Source: Chthoniobacteraceae bacterium (GTDB lineage Bacteria; Verrucomicrobiota; Verrucomicrobiia; Chthoniobacterales; Chthoniobacteraceae). Taken from it: 24,904 nucleotides of DNA. Shown here piece by piece: positions 16,701 to 23,787 of the stretch. Under the pieces are notes generated by a model. That model ran no database searches. It was not told the DNA's origin and saw nothing but the letters and a program-made list of their open reading frames with translations. The first letter of the stretch is position 1. The number at the start of each line of letters is the position of its first letter. The translations under genes and the position numbers were made by a program. The stretch spans positions 1 to 24,904 of the forward strand of contig JANNWY010000009.1 of assembly GCA_031409335.1 (NCBI GenBank), in the 5' to 3' direction.

Positions 16701-19700
16701 GGCAGCACTGTTACAATGGCGCCGCCCTGCCGGTCTTCGATTGGCACCGCCGTTGGGGTCTGCTGGAGGAAGCCCGAAATCCCGTCCAGATTGAACTGCG
16801 CCAGACCGCCCGGTTCCGACACCCCGCCCGCACTCATCCCCCGCACCTGGTAGTAATAGGTCACACCTGCCGTCAGGTTAACTAGGTCCGCCGTTACCGG
16901 CGTAACCGCATCGCCCGTTACCAAGGCCGGCGCCGCGGATATCCAAGTGAAGTTCGAACCATCGGTGCTGTAGCCGAATTCGACTGACGCATTCGAGTTG
17001 CGCGCCCGCACCGTCCCATTTACTCGCGCGCTCGTCGTCGTCAGCGCAAAACTCCCGCCCACCGTGGCAATCGGCGCGATCAGCGTCGTGAAGCTCGCCG
17101 TGCCGCTCACCGCCGTCCCTCCCGCGCTCGTCGCCCTGATCCGATAGGAGTACGTCGTCCCCGTGGTCAGTCCGGCCACCGCCGCACTCACCGACACCGG
17201 CGCATTCCCCGTCACCGTCCCTGGCACTGCAGGCACCGAGTTTGGGAAGCTGTTCCCATCCGTGCCCCACTCAAAGGTCACTGTCGCATTATAGTTTCGC
17301 GCGTTCACCGTGCCATTGAAGCGCGCGCTCGTCGGCGCGATCTCGCTCGCTAGGCTGATCGCCACTACCGGTTCTGCCAACGTAGAAAAACTCGCCACCA
17401 GGCTGACCATCGTCCCAGCGCTGCTCACCGCGCGGAAGCGGTAGTAGTAGGTCGTGCCGGGCGCCAAAGCATCCAGCGTGGTCCCGACTAGCGTCGTTTG
17501 GTAGCCGGTCAGATTGATCGCGATGGGCACGACGTTTGGGAAATTCGCTCCGTCGGTCCCGTATTCGAGCGACACCGTTGTCGCCGCTCCACGTGCATTG
17601 ACCCTGGCCTCGACTATGGCACCCGCACCGCCTTGGGTCACGGCCTTCCCCGTGACAACCAGCGGTGCGCCGGGGAATATCAGCCGGTAGACAGTTCCAT
17701 CGCCCCCAACTGTCGTTCCGTAGAGATTTCCATCGGCAGCCGCGATGAGGCCCGCCATTGGAAGACCACCCTCCGAGAACGAAAGAAACTCCCAGACGGT
17801 CGTCAGCACGCCCGCAGGCGTCATCTTGAACACAGTGCCAGCGTTATTCGCGCCGCCAAATCGGGTTGTCCCGTAGAAGTGGCCGTCGCTGCCCTCCACC
17901 AACGACGCATACGGACCTTGGCCCTTGTTCGCCCCACCAAACTCCACCAAGGTCGTCAACACGCCCGCAGAGGACATCTTGAACACCGTGCCACTGTCGT
18001 TCGCGCCACCTTGGTCCGTGGTCCCGTAAAAGTGGCCGTCGCTGCCCTGCACCAACCCAGCATAAGGGTTACTGCCCTTGTTCGCTGCCCCATTACCAGT
18101 GAACTCCACGAGAGTTGTCAGGACGCCCGCGGGCGTCATCTTGAACGCCGTGCCAAGGCCATTCGCGCCGCCGGCTATAGTCGTCCCGTAGAAGTGGCCG
18201 TCGCTCCCCTCCACCAGCGCCCCATAAGGGCCGCTGCCTTTGTAAGGCGCCGCGTTGCCGGTGAATTGCAACAAAGTCGTCAGCAACCCCTCAGCCGTCA
18301 TCTTGAACACCGCACCAAATTGGTTCGCGCCGTGGTAATAAGTCGTCCCGTAGAAGTTGCCATCGCTGCCCTCCACTAACCCCGCATAAGGTTGACGGGG
18401 CCCGGCTGCAGTGAACTCCACTAGTGTCGTCAGCACGCCAGCAGTCGTCATCTTAAACACTGTGCCACGTTCCGCCGCGCCGCCAAACTCGGTCGTCCCG
18501 TACAAGTTTCCGTCGCTGCCCTCCACCAGCGCCGCATTAGGAAATCGCCCCTTGTTCGCCCCCCCGAATTCCACCAACGTCGTCAGCACGCCACCTGGCG
18601 TCATCTTGAAGACCGTGCCGATGCCTTCAGAACCAAACGTGCCTCCCGAGTGAGTCGTCCCGTAGAAGGTGCCATCACTTCCCTGCACCAACGGCGCATA
18701 AGGCTGACTGCCTGTGCTCAACGCACCGCTGCCCGTGAACTCCACCAAAGTCGTCAGCGTGCCCGCAGCCGTCATCTTGAATACGGTGCCAAAGTTGTTC
18801 GCGCCGCCTTGTTCCGTCGTCCCGTAAAAGCTGCCATCGCTACCTTGAATCAACGGAGCCCAAGGAACTTCACCCTTGTTCGACGCCCCGTTGCCAGTGA
18901 ACTCCACCAAGGTTGTCAGCACGCCCGCAGCCGTCATCTTGAACACCGTGCCAAGGTTGTTCGCGCCGCCGTTTGAAGCCGTCCCGTAAAAGTTGCTGTC
19001 ACTGCCCTGCACCAACGCCGCGAGTGGAAAACGCCCCTTGTTTAACGCCCCATTCCCGGTGAACTCCACCAACGTCGTCACCCCACCGGTAGGCGTCATT
19101 TTGAACACCGTGCCAACACCGATCGCGCCGCCTTGTTCCGTCGTCCCGTAGAAGTTGCCGTCGCTGCCCTGCACCAACCCCGCAAAAGGGCGGCTGCCCT
19201 TGTTCGATGCCCCATTGCCGGTGAATTCCACCAAGGTCGTTAACACGCCCGCAGGCGTCATTTTAAACACAGTGCCAAGATTGTTTGCGCCGCCCGCTTT
19301 AGTCGTCCCGTAGAAGTTGCCGTCGCTACCCTCCACCAACGCCGCAAAAGGCTGACGGCTCTTGTTCGACGCCCCGTTGCTGGTGAACTCTACCAAAGTC
19401 GTCAGCACGCCTCCCGGCGTCATCTTGAACACTGTTCCAAAGTTACTCGCGCCCCCGAATTCGGTTGTCCCGTAGAAGTTGCCCTCGCCGCTTTGCACCA
19501 GTGCCGCGGCAGGAGACCTTCCCTTGTTAGACGCCCCGTTTCCTGTGAACTCCACTACGGTCGTCATAACGCCCGCAGGCGTCATTTTGAACACCGTGCC
19601 AAAACCGATCGCGCCGCCTTGTTCCGTCGTCCCATAGAAGTTGCCGTCGCTGCCCTTTACCAACGCCGGAACAGGAAGTCGGCGCGGGCTCGATGCTCCA

Positions 19701-19999
19701 TTGCCTAACTCAACAAGAGTGGTCACCGCGCCCGAAGGGGTCATTTTGAACACCGTGCCTGAATCATTCGCGCCGCCGAAGTAAGTCGTGCCGTAAAAGT
19801 TGCCGTCGCTGTCCTGCACCATCGCTGCACGAGGGGCCTTTCCCTTGTTGGCAGCTTCGGCCTCCCGCGCTTGTCCGAAGTCGAACATCTTCTCATACAC
19901 CTGCCCCGAAGCCGAGGGAGCCCACACCGGAAACGAGAGGCCAAGGACCAGAACGATCCGACCGAAAACCGCCCGCAGGCGCATAAGATTCTGACTCAT
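13769..19999 (-). CDS. Giant secreted protein (~2076 aa): 14 GloVer (Gloeo_Verruco) repeats, 3 Fn3-like domains, PEGA-like domains, trypsin-like serine protease, Ig domain, C-terminal domains
   Basis: Signal peptide after ATG 19999 (MSQNLMRLRAVFGRIVLVLGLSFPVWAPSASG). Repeats LVxGSDGNFYGTTxxGGAxxxGTVFKMTPxG. Protease triad ATAAH / NLDAA / GNSGGP (~15500-16150). Ig-like YQWRRNG...DEGNYSVVV. Confidence 0.93.
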   Translation of the reverse strand: MSQNLMRLRAVFGRIVLVLGLSFPVWAPSASGQVYEKMFDFGQAREAEAANKGKAPRAAMVQDSDGNFYGTTYFGGANDSGTVFKMTPSGAVTTLVELGNGASSPRRLPVPALVKGSDGNFYGTTEQGGAIGFGTVFKMTPAGVMTTVVEFTGNGASNKGRSPAAALVQSGEGNFYGTTEFGGASNFGTVFKMTPGGVLTTLVEFTSNGASNKSRQPFAALVEGSDGNFYGTTKAGGANNLGTVFKMTPAGVLTTLVEFTGNGASNKGSRPFAGLVQGSDGNFYGTTEQGGAIGVGTVFKMTPTGGVTTLVEFTGNGALNKGRFPLAALVQGSDSNFYGTASNGGANNLGTVFKMTAAGVLTTLVEFTGNGASNKGEVPWAPLIQGSDGSFYGTTEQGGANNFGTVFKMTAAGTLTTLVEFTGSGALSTGSQPYAPLVQGSDGTFYGTTHSGGTFGSEGIGTVFKMTPGGVLTTLVEFGGANKGRFPNAALVEGSDGNLYGTTEFGGAAERGTVFKMTTAGVLTTLVEFTAAGPRQPYAGLVEGSDGNFYGTTYYHGANQFGAVFKMTAEGLLTTLLQFTGNAAPYKGSGPYGALVEGSDGHFYGTTIAGGANGLGTAFKMTPAGVLTTLVEFTGNGAANKGSNPYAGLVQGSDGHFYGTTDQGGANDSGTVFKMSSAGVLTTLVEFGGANKGQGPYASLVEGSDGHFYGTTRFGGANNAGTVFKMTPAGVLTTVWEFLSFSEGGLPMAGLIAAADGNLYGTTVGGDGTVYRLIFPGAPLVVTGKAVTQGGAGAIVEARVNARGAATTVSLEYGTDGANFPNVVPIAINLTGYQTTLVGTTLDALAPGTTYYYRFRAVSSAGTMVSLVASFSTLAEPVVAISLASEIAPTSARFNGTVNARNYNATVTFEWGTDGNSFPNSVPAVPGTVTGNAPVSVSAAVAGLTTGTTYSYRIRATSAGGTAVSGTASFTTLIAPIATVGGSFALTTTSARVNGTVRARNSNASVEFGYSTDGSNFTWISAAPALVTGDAVTPVTADLVNLTAGVTYYYQVRGMSAGGVSEPGGLAQFNLDGISGFLQQTPTAVPIEDRQGGAIVTVLPNGLVGAGWRFAGEQQWRSSGVPVFGLTTSDRVIEFRPVPGRVTPSPEPVTIISGGEATFVMAEYLAASGGEANGGMTITIKPDSLTTQTLPVNQRAQWRLLGENDPQWRDSGTTLSELAPGTYLVEFKPLSGITPARTTPTPISVNVIENDTTPATAIYYLAPTQSGVVPGVLSYDTVTTSPGLPYQWVGQLRSDVGAGSGFVVKAHVVATAAHVVFDDGTLSAATGLQWLFQRDKGNYEPAPQIPRGFHLFTSYAERRELENTPGQSSPVSQNLDAAAVYFLEDAGRGGYSGYLASDSVQNEWLTSSALKTLVGYPTDPAAEILSNNYGRMHGTPPVSTALTKAHDFTYSTTAMRSGNGNSGGPLCVQFEGGAYYPAAIFLGGTGQTVVRAIDSGVLELFKNAEIGGGLGDDQGDGGISITYSSLGSGTSRLTVNLAPSTAQWTYLGMNYNSSVTRTNIITNPVSISFTSVAGYLTPAAKSIAMNDSTHPTPNSVTVTVSYNGITSHPVNLSKVAFGNASFTVGVAGTPLTGTGYQWRRNGVNLSNGVNANGTTISGATARILNLSNLKDADEGNYSVVVTWSNGSLTSNAASLTVQPAPQTISFAALSNRVIGSAPFTLNATATSGLPVSYLGISGPATINGSTVTLTGLGAVTIRARQTGNANYAAATPVDRSFQITLPSIVVPPGGSMTTAGGTFESIVIGAGGTLTLESPPAVVDLPDVAMIPQEMETPMDSAGGTISGRNILAGGGDHQYTPIFTLTETLLEKVPVFRSGGSIRYGKPVTRHWLRATLVADLSTFSFSEIDERMPVAVSIGGFSFTGMLGDDAGRRGGRAQGHKPFDAKKPSAIFYLTEKLPGIAGSPRLRKVGYVSFSWDSSRLRMRAVIWDAKAAGVSGAFDRNAILAAAGVDSAQSGVTRFYDAPMQVRLKFGSAEGARTLLGSGAIRKTSTESARMLKLNSFVGVVSEPDGYKGVR
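17690..19850 (-). repeat. 14 tandem GloVer repeats, mostly ~180-nt period
   Basis: 14 counted (F/L)YGT(T/A) cores; recurring DNA words such as gtcccgtagaagttgccgtcgctgccct and gtcatcttgaacaccgtgcc. Confidence 0.93.
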
Positions 20000-20134
20000 G
20001 GGATTTGGGTTCTTGGGGGTTTCTGTTTTCCGCCCCCGTTTTTCGCACAAAGCGGTGGCGAAGACGACAAGAAAGCCGCCGTGCAAGTCGTTTGTGGAAG
20101 TGACCCGCGGTGCATCGGAAGTGCGTTTGCTTTT

Positions 20135-20167
20135 CCCCTCTCTCCGAGAAATTGCGCCTCCAGATAC
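20135..20167 (-). promoter_or_regulatory. Candidate ECF promoter, copy C
   Basis: Minus strand GTATCT-ggaggcgcaattt-CTCGGAG-ag-AGGGG, ~140 nt upstream of ATG 19999. Confidence 0.6.
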
Positions 20168-20224
20168 GCGCGCCGTGAAAGAATCCCGGCTGGAGCAAGC
20201 CGACGTCTCATCTACGCGAAAGGG

Positions 20225-20638
20225 CTATGCCCCGACCGGCAGCATCCAGTCTTCGACGCGCAGTCCTTCGACGCGGTTGAATTCGCCGGTGTTGGAAGTG
20301 ACGAGCGTGTGATCGTGCGCAAGGCAGATGGCGGCGATGAGCAAATCGTGCGGACCGATGCACTGCCCGGCGGATTCGAGCCGGTGCCGCAGTTCGCCAT
20401 AACGCTCCGCGGCGGCATCGTCGAAAGGCAGCGAGGTGTAAGGCGCAAGCGTTTGCGCGACGAGGGCGAGGCGCCGCTCAGGCTGGCCGTATTTACTCGC
20501 CCCGTGGAGGAGTTCGGCGCGGACGACCGAGCAGGAGACGATTTGCGCCGGGGAGTGGAGCGAGAGCCGGTGCCGAACGGGGCTTTGGGAATTCTTGAGG
20601 TAGTGAATCCACGCGTTGGTATCGAGCAGGAACGCCAT
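20225..20638 (-). CDS. vapC: VapC-family PIN-domain toxin, 137 aa
   Basis: MAFLLDTNAWI, VVRAELLHGA, IGPHDLLIAAICLAHDHTLVTSNTGEFNRVEGL; TAATG overlap with the upstream antitoxin. Confidence 0.95.
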   Translation of the reverse strand: MAFLLDTNAWIHYLKNSQSPVRHRLSLHSPAQIVSCSVVRAELLHGASKYGQPERRLALVAQTLAPYTSLPFDDAAAERYGELRHRLESAGQCIGPHDLLIAAICLAHDHTLVTSNTGEFNRVEGLRVEDWMLPVGA

Positions 20639-20880
20639 TACCAAGTCTCCCGAACTTCAAACTCCCCCTCTGGCGGACGCTCAAACGGCTCCCCCGCCAG
20701 CGCCCCCGCCAGCGCCCCCGCCGTCGCCTCGAAATAACCCGGCGGCCACCCCTGCGCGGCGCTTTCCCGACGGGACTCCGCCAGAGCGAGAGCCTCGCGG
20801 ATGAGCTTTTCGACGTGCGCCTGGGCGGCGGGGTCGAGGCTTTGCAGGCGGGCGTGGAGTTCAGCGGCGATGGTGCTCAT
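20638..20880 (-). CDS. Putative antitoxin (VapB-like), 80 aa
   Basis: Small gene coupled to vapC; acidic C-terminus WPPGYFEATAG...FERPPEGEFEVRETW. Confidence 0.8.
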   Translation of the reverse strand: MSTIAAELHARLQSLDPAAQAHVEKLIREALALAESRRESAAQGWPPGYFEATAGALAGALAGEPFERPPEGEFEVRETW

Positions 20881-20900
20881 GGCTGAAAGGTGATGGAAAA

Positions 20901-20935
20901 CCGGCGATCTGCCAAGATGGCATTACTATCACCGG
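20901..20935. promoter_or_regulatory. Imperfect palindrome, candidate TA autoregulatory operator
   Basis: ccggcgat-c-tgcca-aga-tggca-ttact-atcaccgg, 20 nt upstream of the antitoxin ATG. Confidence 0.45.
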
Positions 20936-20974
20936 CGAGGAGGAGCAAGTGACAAATTGAAACGCTCGGAGGTT

Positions 20975-21343
20975 TCATCGGGGCGGAGGAGAAGTGAGCC
21001 GTGAGCGGATTTTCGCCGCGAGGGCGGTGACGTTTTCGAGCTGTGCGCGGAGGGCGGGCCAGTCGGGATCTTCGAGATCGAAGCCGGGGTAACGATCGCT
21101 GAAGTAAGCCTCGGCGAGGGTGTCGCAGAGGGGGCGGATTTCGGCAATGAGGTCGGACTTCCGCACGGCGAGATAGCCGCCGAGTTTGCGCAGATCGTGG
21201 GTCTTTTCGAGAATCCAGCCGAGACGGATCAATTCGGCTTTCATCACCTTTTCGAGCAGCTCTGCGAGCTTGCTGCGGCAGAGGACATAGCTCAGCTCGC
21301 GCTCGACGCCCACGCTGAGAAGCTCCAGATCGGATTCGTCGAT
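20975..21343 (-). pseudogene. HEPN-domain gene, 5'-truncated by the RIT-type element
   Basis: IDESDLELL...EKVMKAELIRLGWILEKTHDLRKL...DRYPG. The frame hits TAA at 21346-21344 inside the element-associated palindrome and has no ATG-started N-terminus. Confidence 0.8.
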
Positions 21344-21369
21344 TTATGTGGAGCTCCACATAAATCGAC
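21338..21369. repeat. Perfect 32-bp palindrome at the element-host junction
   Basis: gtcgatttatgtggag|ctccacataaatcgac. Confidence 0.97.
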
Positions 21370-21460
21370 TAATGTGGAGTGCTCAATAATGTGGAGTTGG
21401 GCGGCGGGGGCTTGTGCTGGCGGGCTTGGGGCGGGGGTTGGACTTCACATTATTGACGGG
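21370..21460 (+). repeat. Left terminal inverted repeat (91 bp)
   Basis: 89/91 identical to the reverse complement of 24814-24904; contains TAATGTGGAG at 21370 and 21387 and inverted CTTCACATTA at 21443. Confidence 0.97.
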
Positions 21461-21504
21461 GGTGCCGCGGCTTTGTCTGCTGGCCGAATGACCTAACTTT
21501 ATCC

Positions 21505-23787
21505 ATCCTCACTCAACTCCGGCCTCAATCCCATCTCCGTTGGCGGGCTTTGCCGGTCTTCGGTTCCATCCTTGATGACTTTGTGCGCTGGCTGCATGTG
21601 GAGCGCGGTTACACGCGGGCGACGGCGAGCGTTTATTTGAATGGGGTGTCCGGGGTGGTGCGGTGGTTGCGGCGGCGGGGGATCGAGTCTCTTTCGGGAT
21701 TGACCCTGCGGGATTTGCAGGCGGCGCATTGCAGCTTCCTTGGCCGCAACCCGACGGCGAGAAATGCGGCTCGCACCCTGGAGCTGTTTTTGCGGGCCAA
21801 CGGAAAAGTCGCGGAAGGTGCGTTGCCGATCCCATCTCCGACCGAGATGGAGCTTGCGCGTTTCGCTGCCTACCTATGCGAAACTTGCGGGCTTTCGAGG
21901 GTGACGATCCGGGGGCATCGGCAACGGGTTGGGGCATTCCTGAAGTTCCTGCGTTTCGAGCATAACCCGGCGCGCTTGAGCCAGCTTCGGTCACGGGACA
22001 TTGATGCGTTTCTGCGTCAGGCTGCGCGGACGAACTGCCGTTTGAGCATGGTGCATTTTGTGGCTTCGGTGCGTGCCTTCCTGCAATGGCGTTATGCCGG
22101 GGGAAAGCTGGCGGAGCCTCTCCATCAGCGGATCGACACGCCGCGAATCTGGCGCGGAGAACGGTTGCCGCGGGCTCTTCCGTGGGAGCAGGTACAGGCG
22201 CTGCTGGGTTCGATCGCGCGGTGCGGCCGCTGCGGACAGCGGGACTTTGCGCTGCTCTATCTGGCGGCGGCGTATGGGTTGCGCAGCGGGGAACTCGTGG
22301 CTTTGAAACTCGATGATATCGACTGGCAAGCCCGCACGCTGCGGGTGAGGCAGAGCAAGACGCGGCAGGCGCTGCTGCTTCCTCTTACTGATGAGGCGGC
22401 GACGGTGCTGATCGGCTATCTGCGCGAGGGTCGTCCGCACAGCGCGCATCGCGAGTTATTCCTGCATGCGACTGCGCCGCGAGGGCCGTTACAACCAACG
22501 GCGGTGCATGCGGTGATGGCTCGCCGGATGGGTGCCAGCGGCCTGGATCTGCCAGCCTGCGGAGCGCACGTCCTGCGGCATTCCTTTGCCATGCGGATGA
22601 TGCAGGAGGGTGTGGCTATCAAAGGGATCGCGGAGGTGCTGGGCCATCGGGATATGGAAAGCACGTCGGTCTATCTGCGTCTGGCGGTGGACGACTTGCG
22701 CGAGGCGGCCCAGCCGGTGCCGTCCGCGGAGCCATGCGGTGTTGCCGTAGAGTTAGTCGCCTCGAAAAGCCTTCCGCGGATCAGAGCTGCTCGTCCACTA
22801 CTCCGACTGTCAGCACGCTTTCAAAGCTGGCTCGCGCCATCCCTTCAGCGCTACGTGGATCTCAAGCGAGCGCTGGGCCGCATCTTTACTGGTGAAGCTT
22901 CGGTGTTGGGACAATGGGACGACTTTGTGCAACGCGAGTATCCGCGTTCCAGAAAAGTGCGCGGCTATATGTTTGCGGAATGGACCAGGGAACTCCGCCG
23001 CATGAGTCCCACCAGCCAGCGCATCTATCAATGCCGTGTCCGGAGCTTCCTTGTCTTTTACGCCCGCGATCACGCCGGCACCTTCATCCCTGACTTGCTC
23101 ACTTTCCCAAAGTCAGTCCCCGTCGTCGCTCCGCGTCTCATCACTCCGGCGGAGATGGGTCGCCTGCTCGCCGCGACCCGGCAGCTTCCCCGCACGCCCA
23201 GCCATCCCCTGCGCGCGGAAACCATCCGCATCGGGGTGCTCCTGCTCTTCTGCTGCGGGCTGCGGCGCGGCGAACTCCTGCGCCTTCGCCTCGGCGATTT
23301 TGAGGCCGGAGAAACCGTGCTCCGCATCCGGCTCACCAAGTTCTACAAGTCCAGACTCGTTCCGCTCTCGCCGTCCGTTTCCCTCGAGATCAGACGCTAT
23401 CTCGATCAGCGACGCAGCGGGAAAGCGCCCGCCTCCGCAGAGTCATTCCTCCTGTGGAGCCCGCGGTCGTCGGAAGTCTATTGCGCCACACAGCTAGTCA
23501 ATCTTTGGCATCAGCTCTGTGTGAGCGCCGGCGTGCTGGATCGTCGCGGCCATCCGCCCCGGCTGCATGATTTGCGACATAGCTTCGCCGTCAATGCGCT
23601 GCAGCGCTGGTATGCGCAGGGCGCGGACGTCCAGGCCATGCTCCCGCATCTCGCCACCTATCTGGGCCACGCCAATGCCGCGAGCACCCACTACTATCTA
23701 ACACTCACTCCAGAGCTTGGCGCAGCCGCCAGCGAACGCTTCCGCCAGCGCTTCGCCGCACTCTTCAACACCGGAGGCCTCGCGTGA
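21505..23787 (+). CDS. Double tyrosine recombinase (RitA-RitB fusion); start uncertain (ATC 21505 or TTG 21550)
   Basis: Domain 1: GLRSGE...HVLRHSFA...LGHRDMESTSVY. Domain 2: GLRRGE...HDLRHSFA...LGHANAASTHYY. One uninterrupted frame. Confidence 0.93.
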   Translation: MLTQLRPQSHLRWRALPVFGSILDDFVRWLHVERGYTRATASVYLNGVSGVVRWLRRRGIESLSGLTLRDLQAAHCSFLGRNPTARNAARTLELFLRANGKVAEGALPIPSPTEMELARFAAYLCETCGLSRVTIRGHRQRVGAFLKFLRFEHNPARLSQLRSRDIDAFLRQAARTNCRLSMVHFVASVRAFLQWRYAGGKLAEPLHQRIDTPRIWRGERLPRALPWEQVQALLGSIARCGRCGQRDFALLYLAAAYGLRSGELVALKLDDIDWQARTLRVRQSKTRQALLLPLTDEAATVLIGYLREGRPHSAHRELFLHATAPRGPLQPTAVHAVMARRMGASGLDLPACGAHVLRHSFAMRMMQEGVAIKGIAEVLGHRDMESTSVYLRLAVDDLREAAQPVPSAEPCGVAVELVASKSLPRIRAARPLLRLSARFQSWLAPSLQRYVDLKRALGRIFTGEASVLGQWDDFVQREYPRSRKVRGYMFAEWTRELRRMSPTSQRIYQCRVRSFLVFYARDHAGTFIPDLLTFPKSVPVVAPRLITPAEMGRLLAATRQLPRTPSHPLRAETIRIGVLLLFCCGLRRGELLRLRLGDFEAGETVLRIRLTKFYKSRLVPLSPSVSLEIRRYLDQRRSGKAPASAESFLLWSPRSSEVYCATQLVNLWHQLCVSAGVLDRRGHPPRLHDLRHSFAVNALQRWYAQGADVQAMLPHLATYLGHANAASTHYYLTLTPELGAAASERFRQRFAALFNTGGLA

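Noticed and set aside
17690..19850. CRISPR-like periodicity
   Set aside because: Protein-coding ~180-nt repeats with codon-position variation; no repeat-spacer structure and no cas genes.
19871..20737. 288-aa plus-strand ORF and other short overlapping ORFs in the track
   Set aside because: Antisense or out-of-frame to well-supported genes in GC-rich DNA, with no motifs.
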